Below, piece by piece: positions 12,308-25,364 of a stretch of DNA of 64,000 nt. The DNA comes from Amphiscolops sp. MND2022 (taxonomy: Eukaryota): contig OZ076411.1 of the NCBI GenBank assembly GCA_964187785.1, forward strand, positions 73,098,001 through 73,162,000, in the 5' to 3' direction. Made by a program: the position numbers and the translations under genes. How positions within the stretch are numbered: the stretch's first letter is position 1; each line of letters begins with the position of its first letter. Under the pieces are notes generated by a model, which saw only the letters and a list, made by a program, of their open reading frames with translations, was not told the origin of the DNA and did no database searches.

Positions 12308-12540
12308 AGTCAGCTATGTTCACATACTCCTAATGCCCTAAATGCAGGAGCGAAGCGGAGCGACGTGCCATATGGCCATGCCTCAATGTTGCTACTTGGC
12401 GAAGGGAGCGAAGCGACCGAGCCATACAACAAATATGAAGCATTTTTTCGGACTTGTGCAACCCAAATTCATGTTCGGACTTGTGCAACCCAAATTTACT
12501 TTCGGACTTGCGCAACCCAATTTTATTTTCGGACTTGTGA
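12308..12540. repeat. Dispersed repeat with two GCGAAGC mini-hairpins, followed by four ~30-bp tandem units
   Basis: Core ~12308-12436 recurs at 50715-50792 and 57823-57945; ttcggacttgtgcaacccaaat repeats follow here. Confidence 0.7.
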
Positions 12541-13803
12541 ACAGCCGCCATAGATTTTCGTTACCGACAATCACTTAAAGGAAATGAGTTACGGGAACGT
12601 GAATAAATGAGGGAATAGTTGTTTTAACGCTGTCACTAACGGTAACAATCATTATACCAGTATTTTAAACCAATCAAACTTATTTACGTTTAACAGTGTA
12701 TGTGTTAAGCTATCAATATATTTGCAAATTGTGACAGCTCTACACAGACTTGGCATATATTGTGTGGCAACATTAATTGTCAATTTTGACGAATACAATA
12801 ACTAACTCCTCTAAATTGAAATTTTGCAATGAAATATTGCCAATTTTGACAATAATTGCAATATCCCAAGGAAATAGAAAACAAATATTTATTCAGTTTT
12901 TAATATTAGCAACATCGGGTTGTGATTTCGCGGAATTTCAATGAAATAGCAACGCGATGTGTTTTCGAGCAGTTTCAATGAAATAACAACGGTATGTGAT
13001 TTCGAGTATTTTCAATGAAAAAACGGGATGTGATTTCGAATGTTTTCAATTAAAACAAAAAACGTTTTGTCAAACCTGGCTCTACACAGCAAAAACGATG
13101 CCGACAAATAAAGAAATTGTATCGAATTATTCCACCGAAATCCACCGCGGAAAATCAAGTGCTTCGACGTGCTTCGAATACAGGTTGTTGGAGTCGCAAT
13201 TAAAGTTTCAATGCAATAATTGTTTGTTCACAGCTAATTGATTGTTAATTGATTTTTTGTTTCGTAAAAATTGCGTTAATTGATTGCTTAGCAGTAGGTA
13301 TAAGCATCATGGGAATACAAAAATCCCATTTTTTACAACAGAATTCAAAATTTCAAAATCAGACAGTTTTTTGGCAGAGACCTGTGCTCTACCAGCTGTG
13401 TAATTACCGAGCGTCCAGATCTACAGCGAGCAAATGAAAGGATCAATTGTGGAAGTTATATAGCCCAGTTTATTGTATATAGTTTTGATTTGTTTTCCGA
13501 ATTGCTATACCCGGCCCGAAAAAATTTAAGCACGAAAAAGCCCGGCTATAAGCCTGGCCCGGACCGGCAGCATTTAATCACGTGCTTGGTTCCAACTCTA
13601 GTGCTGAAAAAATTAAATACGTATATATTAACAGTAATCGACCCATTTGAGCAACATTGTCTGAACGTTGACTCAACCGAGGAACATTGACTGGACTGCT
13701 GCTTCAAAATCCGAAAAGAGTGTCACTACACTAATGTGACTTTATTTGGTACGTCATCAATGCTATTGATAACGGTGCAATAGTTTATTTTTTCGACAAC
13801 ATA

Positions 13804-14546
13804 CAGTCCTGTGATAAAAAAATGGAACCCCTAATTGATAATATTGTTTGGAACACCTACGTTTTCTACCCATATGTCGGAAACTATTGATATTCAAAAA
13901 AATGCCTTTGATAATTGTTTCTCGAATTTCAATCTAGTTTACATTCGTATGTGTTTGAAACTTCTGACGAATATAGGGGAAATTAGCTCTCATGGTCTCT
14001 CTGTGTGATATTTGGTTAGCAAACCAAACTTTAAATTTTTGCCTATTTTACAAACAATTTTGATTACTTTTTGTTTATCAACTGGTTCATCGCTGTCCAG
14101 TGAATGCACTGTCAAACTTTGAGACACTTAGTATTTACACGTCCAAAAAAATCGACAATCTTCACTGAATTAATTCCGGTACATTTATTAAAATTGGGTA
14201 TAGATTTACATGTACACTCTAGGGCACTAACAATTTTCGAGTGTAATCAGTGAATGATGGGCACCTTGAACAATATAAAAATGAACAAAGACCCGCTTCC
14301 TCTCCTATTTCAGACTCTGCAACTGAATTTCCGAAGTTCTTCATGTAAAATTTAAAAATTACAAACTTGTCTCATTAGTTTTAAGGCTTCCAAAATTAAG
14401 TGAACGTAAACTAGACAAAAATCTCACAAACTTTTGTTTTTATCAAATTTTTAGAAAGTTTGACTGTTTTTGAGAAATTCGGAAACTCGTTAGGCGTTCC
14501 AAACATAACTACCGAACAGGGGTTCCATTCTTTTATCACAGGACTG
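13804..14546. mobile_element. Tc1/mariner-type MITE
   Basis: TIRs cagtcctgtgataaaaaaatggaaccc / gggttccattcttttatcacaggactg; TA on both sides; no ORF. Confidence 0.85.
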
Positions 14547-14724
14547 TATGTTACAATATGAACGATCATTAAACTATCGAAGGTTCATTCGATTGGACCA
14601 AAAACAAATTTGAAATGAAATTCCACTGAAAAAGTGCTCAATAACGGAAATGTCATCGAAAATTTCAATGAAAATTTTCCGTCAAAAAAGAACGGCATTT
14701 AGAAAATGAAATTTTCAGACATCA

Positions 14725-14927
14725 TGTAGTAGATCTGCGTCTCAACTAGCAATTCGGATGGAGGAAGAATATGTGTGCACACTGTATTATGAACGATTAA
14801 CTCAGTTGTGTCAGATATTCTGACTTTGCCACTTTGGTTAGATTTGGCAGGTTGTTATTAAATACATATTTTCTCACAATTGTCTTTTTACAGATTGAGT
14901 GTGAATGAGAATATGAGAACTACCACA
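14725..14927 (-). repeat. 3' LTR of the Gypsy element
   Basis: Direct repeat of 19388-19590; about 16 mismatches in 203 bp counted by eye. Confidence 0.9.
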
Positions 14928-15276
14928 CTTCCCTTTTCAATATGGAGTGCCAGGGTATCAACGTAACAACAATTCAAGGGGTAACAATTCGAGATGTTTG
15001 GAACAATTTACAATGTTTGTTCAAATTTTGCTAAGCACACTTTTAGGGTTATAACTAAAGTATCGAAGTAACATATGTACTTTCAACACTAAATTAGGCA
15101 CAGTATTTTTAACAAACACAATTGGACATTGTAGTAATGTCTACAGTTCAAATGTTTTTACTTGATGCGTTCTTTTGCGAATTATCTCAACAACGCTTGG
15201 TATGCTTTCATTCTCAAGAATTGAGGCTTCTTCAATCTTTGTCACCATCAGATTGTGACCCCATCTATCTGGTTTT

Positions 15277-18200
15277 TTAAACACTCGGGCTGAACTTCTT
15301 GCAGCTCCCTTTTCTTTTTCCCATTTTATTGTTCCAGTTATGGGAATTTTTTGGCGTCTTCTTTGGCGTTTTCTGTAGTCTCTGTGTTTGCAGTTTTTGA
15401 CTCAAGTTCCATGCTGCTATGGTTGTCTTCTTTGATTTGCGTTTGTATCGCAGTTGGTTCCAGGTCTTTGCTGTTGCTTGCATCTTTCTTTTGGGGGCCG
15501 TCTTCTGATTCTTGATCGCTCTCGATTGATGTACTTTTTCTTTTGGCCTTTTCTGACTTTTTTGTCATTTCACTTGTTTTTGGCACTTTTTCTTTTTCTC
15601 CCTTTGCCATCCTTTCTTTATCTGTCTCTACTGTTACTTTAGGCTTTGCTGCCATGTCGCATTTGAAATACGTGGTTGGCTTTTTGCTTGAACTGGGTAG
15701 CACAGTTGTTAGTGTTTGTTTCTTTCATAATCTGCCCCCGTACTTTTTTGAATGCGCCTTCTAATTTAGTTCCACAAACTTTACCTGATCACGATGGTGG
15801 GGTCTGCCTCTTCACTAAAGTCCTCAGGATCAATTTCTATCGCAGGGTCTTTCTCTAAAACACATTTTTCCATTGAGCGTGATTTTGGCGTATTTGGCTC
15901 TCTTCCTGTATGTTTATCAAGTGCGGATTTTTTGTCCGATCCTTTTTCCCAGCAAAATCTAGAGCAATTTCTTTGTTCGGTTTGATTAAATTTCGGTGTT
16001 TGGCCAAATTCATTTTATGACTCTAAACATTTTAGGTTCTTACCTGCTTGTTGGTATTGACTACAAATTTTGGCTTTTCCACGATCTCCCTGTGCATGCG
16101 CGGCCACCATATGTCACTTGCATCTCGTAACATCGCGTCATGTCGGGCGTGTCCAAAGTGAATCGCCCGGAGAACATTTTCTGCATGTCCTTGGGATTAA
16201 CTAAACGATTGTCCATGTAAAGTCTTCTGTTTTCGCCAATTGGAAAGGAATTAAACTTTTCCCTCCAAGTGGGGGAAGACAAGCGATTATAGCATTGTTG
16301 CGGTTTCGCACTAAATTAATAACTTTTTGAATTGTTGGGTCATTTTCCGCATTTGCCTGGATAAATACATTGCTAATATTTGATGTTGACAATTCATTAT
16401 TTGACTCCATTGTTTCTCTTTCGGTCGATTTAACAACTAATTCACTGATTTCTTTTGCTTGCGTAGGCGCGCGCACTGTCAATATTCTATTAACATTCTT
16501 TCGCTCAGAATTTTCAATTTTTCGTGATTCGATTGGTCCTCGAGAGCTCGCCGATTCTTTCACTTTTGGCGTTATGTCGCCTACTACATTTACTGAGAAC
16601 CAGTCATTCATTATCTTTTCTGCTTGAATTGCGGCGCCTTCATTTTGGATTGGTGTCTTGACAGGTAGTCTGACATTCCTAGTGTCCTCCCTGGACTGAA
16701 ATTACAACTGAAAAAAAATGGCAAAAGTCTGTCTACCCATCTTCTCAGTCTGCTAGAATATGTTGTATTCCCTTTGTTAGATTTCAACAAATTTTCTCAT
16801 GCGTTATGATCTGAAACTATACCGAATGGGACCCCATACACGTAAATTTTAAAATGTTTTACTGACCACACTACAGTTAATAATAATATTTCACTGATTG
16901 AATAATTTGATTCTAAATCCGTTAAAAAGCCAGATGCATAAGAAATGGGTTTCCATTCGTTTCCTTCGCACTCTTTTAGGACCGCGCCTAGACCCTGTTT
17001 GCTCGCATCGCAAAGAATCCTTAGCGGTTTATTTCCCTTTAAATGAGTTAGTTCCGCCACTTTCTTGACTTCTTTATTTACATTAGAAAATGCCCTTTCA
17101 TGTTCGTCCGTCAATTTCCAGACTGAGACTTTTTTTGAGTATAGATCTAAATTGAAAACAAATTGATGCAAGATCGGGGATGAATTTGTTGAATTGATTT
17201 ACCGCTCCCAGAAATGATCTCATTTCTTTCAAGTTCAATGGACGAAGTTTTTCTGTAATTCCTTGCACTTTTGTGTTTACTGGCGATATTCCGTTGTTTG
17301 TCATTTTGAAGCCTAACCACTCGGTTTCATTTACTGCGATTCAGCACTTTCCCGCCTCGAATTGTAATCGGCTTCGTCGAGTGATTTGAGTATTTCCCGC
17401 ACGTTATCTAAATGTCCAATCTTTGTTCCCTTTGTTATATTTAAAATATAGTTTATAAACACAAACACGTCTCTAAAATTTGCTAATAACATGTCCATTA
17501 ACTTTTGAAATTATGTGGGCATAACCGACAGACCATAAAAACTTATTACGAATCTATATGTTCCCGTGGATTCTCCTCCAATTACCTGAAAATTGCAGTG
17601 TTTTGCGGTTAATAGATACAAGGGTACTTGACCATAAGCATATGTCATGTCCACTGACGAGAACCATGCGTCTCCCTTTTCTACATCTCGTTTCTCTGCC
17701 ACCATATCTAGTAAATTTTCTAAATTCGGCATTTGATACTTTTTCCTTTTCTTTGGCTTGGTTTAGTGCTCTTGCATCTGACGCTACTTTTACGGAGCGG
17801 TCTCTTTTCAGGGTTATTACTACCGGTTGGATGAAGACATCATCTCTTATATCGTTAATTTTTTCAATGAGGCCTTCTTTCAACAGCCTGCCTATTTCTT
17901 CATCTACTGCTTTTTGTAGCTGAATTTGGATTCGGCTCCCTTTTTGCTGAGCTATTTTTGCGTCCTGTTTGAAATTTACTTTTTCACCTTTTTCACCTTT
18001 CCACGTCGTTCAAACACTTCTGGATTTTTTTTTACGAATTGCTTGGTTTTTACGCTTAGTTCTTGGTCCTTTTCTATTGAATTTACCTCCAACTCACCTT
18101 TTCGTTCTGTAATCAGCTTGTATTTCAGAGTTGATGTTCCGTTGATCGATTTCATTCCTTTCTTTGCTATCAATGTTCTTGCCTTCTTTATGTAGCTGTC

Positions 18201-19388
18201 ATTTACTTGAAGTTCGCAGAACACAAATCCCAGTAGTTGAAGTGGCTTGCCATTGAAATCAACGTCCCTTTCGCCGTCCACCATTTCACGTCCGGGTATG
18301 TTTTTTTTATGATTCTTTTAAGGTCGTCCAGTGCGTAAACTGTAACGGGGGACCCCGTGTCCATCATTGTTTTGAACGGGTTTCCGTTGATGAAACCTTC
18401 CATGTAGTACGGTTTTGCATCATTGTCATTTCCTTCTACGTGTAAGACCATGTAATTTTCTTATTCTTCGTCCGTATCTTCTTGGTCGACAAGTTGGACT
18501 CTTTTGGCTAAACCTCGATTTTTGCCAAAATTTTGATTGTCACTTTTCTTTTGATTGCATACCTTTTCCAGTTGATCCTTTTTGGCGCAGTAGTTGCTCA
18601 TTGAATTGGGTGCCTTGCAACGATTTAGATGATCGAGAGTGAAGTTTGCAGCTTCGCATCTCCAGCATTCTCGATTGTTCGGATTTATACCAATTACCGA
18701 ACACACTGGTTCTTCCTTGATCTTTTGTTCCTGATTGACATTTCCGTATGTTCGCTGTCTTTTTAATCCATCTTCGAAAGCAATAGCAAATTGGAGAGCC
18801 TCAGCAGGTTTGTCCTTTGGTTCAGTACAGAGCTTTGCCTGTACCTGCTTATTTGCCATGTTTGAGACAAAAATGTCGTAAACCAGGCCCTGTCTGGTTT
18901 CCAAAGCCACACCTTGCTGCGAGTCCATTTAAAACGTTCCAAAGTTGGTGTAAAGTTTCATTCGGCTTTTGTTTTCGGGAGAGAAAAGTGTGACGATCTA
19001 GGGCTCTATTGCGTCGTTTTTAGAAACATTCAGTGCAGTGCTGAACCAAGTTTTGTAGTTGTATTATTAAGATGTTGATATTGGGAAATTTGTCCATTAA
19101 CATCCTTCGCCCAGTTTTGCCAATGGCAATGTATAGAAGACTAACCACTTTTTTCTTTGCAGGCGTTTCTTCTTAGTTCCCCCATTAGTGCAGCTTCTCT
19201 GGGGTGTTGCTCGTCCACAGTTCGGAGTAGTCTGTCATTGAAATGGAGTGTTTTGCTAACACGGCGACTTCGAATAATTGGGCCATTTGCTCCCAATCAT
19301 AACTCGGTGGTTTGTCGGCGTCTTGCCAGAAATAGGTCACTCCTGGAAGTGGTGAATTGGAGCAATCTTCCTCAGCTCGCAGCGCCAT
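15277..19388 (-). pseudogene. Fragmented gag-pol of the Gypsy element, with a Lys/Glu-rich 3' extension
   Basis: ORF pieces 19185-19415, 18461-18928, 18203-18451, 17511-17883, 16797-17171, 16061-16611, 15338-15703. RT catalytic motif reads FINY instead of F/YxDD; no integrase DDE core is recognisable after the zinc finger. Confidence 0.8.
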
Positions 19389-19590
19389 GTAGTTGACCTG
19401 CGTCTCAACTAGCAATTCGGATGAAAAAAGAATATGTGTGCAAACTGTATTGTGATCGATTAACTCAGTTGTGTCAGTTATTCTGACTTTGCCATTTTGG
19501 CTAGATTTGGCAGATTGTTATTAAACACATATTTTTTCACAATGGTCTTTTTACAGATTAAGTGTGAATGAGAATATGAGAACTACCACA
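19388..19590 (-). repeat. 5' LTR of the Gypsy element
   Basis: Direct repeat of 14725-14927; PBS immediately adjacent. Confidence 0.9.
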
Positions 19591-20972
19591 CACCAGAAGG
19601 TCAAAAATGGATTTTTTGAGGTCTCGCAGCTTATAGTGTGTAATCGGCAACCTGATACCTCCTCCGTATATTGGGCAGAGTATAGTGGGCATTAAAGTTT
19701 GAGTTACGTCCGCAATGGACCTTTCCGCTGTTTTTGTTTGAATCACGAGGGCTAGCCCTGAAAGTAACTTTATTTTAAAAATGAAAACCAAAAAAGTGAG
19801 TGTTTTCTGTTAGATCATTGTTGCAGTTGGTTTTCCAAGTGAGTGGGGAGGAATGAAAAATTGGATATCTCAAAAATGCTACGAATTGGTCAATTTTTAA
19901 AATTCGAAATCTAGCGAGTATTCCTGGCACGAATGCCCATCGATGACACTCTGTTTGTATTGATCTTATAAACGCAGCCACATTACACATACATAACATC
20001 AGTAATAATTGTATAATCTTTTTAAAGTGAACCTTGGAAACAGTGATTTGACGCCTATAAAATTATCCGATACTCGGTATTTTTAGTATAAGATTCAAAA
20101 TTTCGTCTATGTAACGGTAGGTATTCGGAGATACTAGAGTTCCTTAAACGTTGTTTTTTCATCTTTTCATATATTTACCTAAAGTATTCTTAATGAAGAA
20201 AAATAAAATATCTAAAACTTAGTTCGAGCGAATCAAACCCCAAACAACTAGCAAGCGAGCTGTTGATAGAATGACTGTTTGATAAGATCGTTTTGATTAA
20301 CCTAAACTCCGAATTCAATCATCTTGTTAGATTGGATTGAGGTATAGCAATTTCTAATGCGTACACTATAATTTTACACGATTTCCGATAATTTATACTA
20401 CAGGTAGAACTTGTCCTGTATTGTAGGAAACTATCGAGTGTGTGTTCTCTTTTATATTTAACTGAATACTGGAGTAACGTTACAAGGTAAGGTAATACAC
20501 GTCAAACCACTGCTTGAAAACGAAATCAAGAAAAACCAGTTTATGAGGCTATTTTATCCTGAAACAATTATCCCGTTTCATCAAATTAAATCTGGTTTGA
20601 TAATAAAAAATGTGCCTTTCCTTGAATGTCTAGCAAAAAAAATCAGAAAATGTTCACCCAATTTGGGTCACAGTTCTGATACTATCTACTTTATGAAACA
20701 TTGAAAAGTTACTCTTGTTTTTCCAGAATGGAAAGATTTATGCATGTCATTGTCAACTTCAGTTCTAAGCGTCCGATGTGCGAGGGAATTGGGGATGATT
20801 CTAAATTGGAAGAGGAGTCTAATTCACGACATATTACGACGAAGCGGAAAAGAACTCGAAGCGTGCTGATTCTCAACTTTTAAGCTTTCGAGGTTGCGGG
20901 ACTGAGCTAGTGCAAACTTCGGGTTTCATCGGCGTGTCTAAGGAGAGGTATTCAAACTTAGCGCAGGATCAA

Positions 20973-21595
20973 CCAGAGCCGCATGTGCGGTAAAGGAGTC
21001 GGCTTAGGTCTTTTTCCTTCTGAAGTCGAAAAATGGCCCTTTTTGACCATTTTTGGGCTAATTTTGGCTATGTTTCTCACATCCCAGCCATACGATTTTG
21101 ATGCCATTGCACATATAGGACTCTAATATGGTGTAGAACAACTGTAGAAAATTTCGTTCGAATCGTATGGACAGTTCTTGAGAAAATCGAAAAAAGTGGA
21201 AAAATGGCTGTTTTTTAGCCATTTTTGGGCTAATTTTGGCTATGTTTCTCACATCCCAGCCATACGATTTTGATGCCATTGCACATATAGGACTCTAATA
21301 TGGTGTAGAATAACTGTAGAAAATTTCGGTCGAATCGTATGGACAGTTTTTGAGAAAATCGAAAAAAGTCGAAAAATGGCTGTTTTTCGGCCATTTTTGG
21401 GCTAATTTTGGCTATGTTTCTCACAACCCAGTCATACGATTTTGATGCCATTGCGTACGCAGGGGCCCCTTTGGGTGTAGAATGACTGTGCAAAATTTTA
21501 TAAAAATCGTTTTGAGAAATTTGAAATTTTCATGAAAAAGTCGGGAGAAAAAAAAACACGATTGCATAAGTAGTCGAAAATTTTTTCCGACTCCT
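20973..21595 (-). mobile_element. Family 1 Helentron-like element, third locus (172-bp monomers)
   Basis: Same termini (ccagagccgcatgtgcggtaaaggagtcgg ... ccgactcct) and monomers as 8679-9363. Confidence 0.7.
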
Positions 21596-21889
21596 AAAAA
21601 TTAACAAAGAGGTTACTCTCAAGACTCGGGAAACAATTTTCCTATACAGAAAACCTCAAAAAAACGAAAGCTGTGAAATCATTTTTACTTCGGTAAATGG
21701 CATAGTTCCGAAAAAACCTAAAGTGACCATCTATGCTGGCAAAACGTTTTGTTTCTGCTGAAAATCAAGGGAGGGGGCTTAGGTTTAAGAAAAAAGCTGA
21801 AAAAAGTCGCAGAGTGCCGAAATAATTCAAAAGGGGACACCATTTGGTCTTCCCTACTTTTGCGAACACAAAAAGATTTTGGTTTAGTG

Positions 21890-21965
21890 CGAGACTTGAA
21901 AACGTACTCCTGCTTCTCAAACTTCGCACCCAGGGTAGGAAATCTCCGTTAACCACTAGGCCAAG
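21890..21965 (-). repeat. tRNA-derived SINE-like head
   Basis: Minus strand tggcctagtggttaacg...gagaagcaggagtacg...aagtctcg, related to 7579-7655. Confidence 0.45.
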
Positions 21966-22815
21966 TGGCAGTGAGAGGTTACTCACTTTGCCAAAATGGA
22001 AGAACATAATTTGTAAAACTATTTTGGCTGATTTGCATATGTATCAAAAAGCTGACGAAAAGTCATGAATATAGTCGACTCAATTTTAAAGGATAGAGCC
22101 GACTAAAATGATAGTGAAATCACTCAAACAACTAATCCTAGACTTTCCCGCAAAACTTGATAGTTACTGGTGTCGAATCTCGGAGTAAAAACCTGTACCG
22201 ACGCTGAGGAAAATGATCCTAGAGGTGAAGTTGTGATCACCGCAAGTCTCAATTCAAATTCAGTCCCCAAAACCTGGCGGCACGTTTTCTGTGAATGAAA
22301 TTACTTTCGGAAAAATTGTTTTAAAAAGGTTTAGGGTAGATGCAGAGTTTGAAGATTGTTCTCGCGATGGCACTCCTTACTACGTCAACTCGGATTTTGT
22401 TTCAAACTATCGCAAACAAAAACTACAGGGAGTGAATTTTCTGATCATTTTTGAGATTCCTTCTGAATAGGGGCACTGTATCAATAAGCACATTTGCTCA
22501 TTTCAATTTCTGTGTTTGAAATCAAGTTGCTACAACTTTCGCATTACCAGCTACAGTTTCAGTCGTGGTTGGTTTGTTGCATAAAAACACAAAGAACTGG
22601 TTTCCAGGATGGAATATAAAAGCTACAGCTTATTTAGTGTCATGAACGGATGCCAAATAGTCGGTTAGCTAATCAAGCCTTAGTCTTGACGGCTCTTGTT
22701 TATTTTCGGTCACTCTTGTTAGCTTTTCTCTTGAAATCTTTCGAAAGATCTTGCAAGATAGTAGTTGTTCAAGGTTACATTCTTGCTGAGACTTTCACAT
22801 TCTCACTGGAATTTC

Positions 22816-22923
22816 ACCAAAATTTTTATTCATTTCACACTGGGATCAAACAAATCAACTTCATTGATCGATCAATGAAGTTGATTTGCTTGATCCCAGT
22901 TTGAAATGGATAAAAATTTTGGT
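22816..22923. repeat. 108-bp spacerless near-perfect palindrome
   Basis: Centre gatc|gatc at 22869/22870; arms complementary with three mismatches. Confidence 0.9.
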
Positions 22924-22974
22924 TTTTTTTCCTTTGTAGTAAAAATTTTACGTTGTAGTAAAATTTTACAATCT

Positions 22975-23106
22975 ACTTTTTGTAGATTGTATTGGAAAGT
23001 ATATTTTATCATTGTTCAGGTTGAGTTGGATTCTTCCAGATCTGCAAAAATCCAACTCAACCTGAACAATTATAAAATATACTTTCCAATACAATCTATA
23101 AAAAGT
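22975..23106. repeat. Hairpin with ~58-bp arms and 16-nt loop
   Basis: actttttgtagattgtattggaaagtatattttat...ggatt pairs with aatcc...ataaaatatactttccaatacaatctataaaaagt. Confidence 0.9.
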
Positions 23107-24599
23107 CATTTTCCTGCCTCAATAAAAAAAGGTTAATAAAATGGAGGAATTCAAAAGATTATAATTTTGTAAAGCCTGAAGTTTTCACAATTATTCAAGA
23201 TTTTTGTCAAGAATTCAAGAAATTTCACAATGTGGTACCAAAAAACACTATAGTTTATAAATGTATCATGATTTGCCATGATCATGGCAAGGGTTCCATG
23301 GCTTCGAACACTGGGTATATTTATGTAATCATTATTTGGACTACTTTAGAAAGTCGTATAAATTCATATTCATTTATCACTAGCTTAAAGAAAAAAGGTA
23401 CTGTTTAAGGAACCATTCTCACTTGCTTCTAAATGTGGGGGAAGTTTGAGAAAATGACAGTTTTGTGATGTTATAATCAAGCGTGGGTGTAAGTTGCAAA
23501 TAGGTCTTTGTAAGTTGAATAATCGGAGCATAAACGATAAATGAAAACAACAGATTTCTCTCAGTACTGAATTGAGGCGTTCCGAATTGCGGCATTGGAC
23601 ATTTTAATCAACTGTTTTTTGAGGTTTGACAAACCGGAAACGAGTTTTAGAAGAGTGAGAATTGGTTTTGAACACGTGAGCTCTCAGCGGAAGTAGTGAA
23701 CACTTGTCGTGTTGAAAAAGGTCACTTTCAAGTCATTAACAGGATTTCTTCTGGTTTTTGCTGATTCTCATTCACTTGAAACGCGGTCGGTGAGTGCTAC
23801 ACAATGTCAATGGTTTTGTGCAACTCGAGTTAGATTTTTAAACGGCATTTCAGTTGTCATCAATGTACTACAGACTGCATTTCGGTACAAATTTATTTCG
23901 TGCGACGCTGCTTTGCACATGGAAATGAAATGCAAAATGTAAATTGTATATTAATATACATTGCCAATGGATGGCGGTCGTATGGTCGAATGTGAAATTG
24001 TACCTTGCCTTGGTTGCAACGTGGTGACGGTTAAGGTCCTGCTTCGAAGCAAACTAGAACTGCAGTGCCGAATACAGTGAGAAATGTGAAATGTGAAACA
24101 AATGATTCGAATGTTGGACCACTACTAGTACATTGCACGTACCACTGTATCGCTGCAGCTAACATTGCATGGCGGTCGCCGAGTATAATTCTGCTGCTCG
24201 AGTCGTAGTCGCATTTCTAGACGACAACGACTACACGACCAAGTCGCCGACGACCATGACGCCGCCTTTGCAGTGCCACCTACCTACATGAGCTAGTCAA
24301 AGCGACGTCGCTCTACTGTAGTCCAATACACCAGCAGTACAACTGTGATGTGATTTGCAGCAGCTACCGTCGCGGCGGCGACCATAGACAACAACCAAAC
24401 AGTCGTCGTCGTGTCGTTATAACGGCCGCCATCTTTATCGAGCGACTAGTACTGCAGTGACTACAGACAGTAGTGAATGTGTGAATGAATGTACCAGTGA
24501 ATGTGTGAATACATTCTTGCTAGCAGTTGAAGCGGCAGCGGCGACTTCGTCAGTGGTGGATCATTGAATTGACATGAACGACACAATTGTATCTGTGTA

Positions 24600-25200
24600 C
24601 ATGGTACTTGCAAATGTGGCCAAGTCACCGCTACAGACGAACTGTCTTGTCTACACCGCAGTTACACCGTACAGTGGAGTACAAGCAAGGTGCCTGCACT
24701 AATGCAAGTGTCTCTTTCCCTTTTCCCGTCCGACTGCCGGTGACTCTTGAAAGTACCTCAGTTGAAAGTCCTGGGAGGTCGGTGCCGCCTCCGTCTTTTG
24801 AAAGCAAGAGACAGAAAAAGCAGTCACCAAAAGAGGAGACAAATTGTGGCAATGCCGGCGACACATTGGCAAGCAACCATGCTTTGTTTTCGCAGATAGC
24901 AGTACGCTGTTCGAAATACTCCGCGTTTTTGTGGAGACAATTTTTGCAAGGATCTCAATTCAACTAACTGTACACGCTGTAGTACATCGTTTATAGCAGC
25001 TACATCGGATGGGAAATTGGACTGGACAATTGAAGTGTATAGCTTGTGTCTCCTCTTGATACCAACTGACGCGTTCAACATGGAATGACGACCCATATTG
25101 GCGACCAAATTAGCAACAAGAGACGTCGGAGACCTGGTAACATACTGCAGCCGTCAAGACTGATCCTGTCAGGAGTAAGGTATGGGAACTTGAAGGGAAG
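24600..25200 (-). pseudogene. Highly decayed gag/protease-like retroelement remnant
   Basis: GC-rich island with interrupted ORFs; CYLRKQSMVACQC resembles a degenerate CCHC knuckle and ALVQAPC a degenerate protease motif. Confidence 0.3.
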
Positions 25201-25364
25201 CGGACGTCTTTCATGAATCTTTGCGTCTCATCGACTGCGACAACCCACGATTTATACATTTATAGGTAGCAACACCAGATAAAGTATACTTTCATGTTTT
25301 GCCTTCCTCGTCATGTTTACTAGTAACTGTAGTCTTGTAATTTGTTGAACTTTATAAAAGTCTA

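Larger units (their letters stand above)
14725..19590 (-). mobile_element. Decayed Ty3/Gypsy LTR retrotransposon with both LTRs
   Basis: 203-bp TG...CA LTRs at both ends; 5-bp TSD catca/cacca; PBS tggcgctgcgagc (tRNA-Ser-like); PPT gaaaagggaag; gag, protease (MDTGS), RT, RNase H (ILCDAS) and integrase zinc-finger remnants in Gypsy order. Confidence 0.9.

Noticed and set aside
20700-22500. Possible Gypsy RT/integrase remnants at ~20.7-20.9 and ~22.1-22.5 kb
   Set aside because: Only faint motif resemblance; too degenerate to call.
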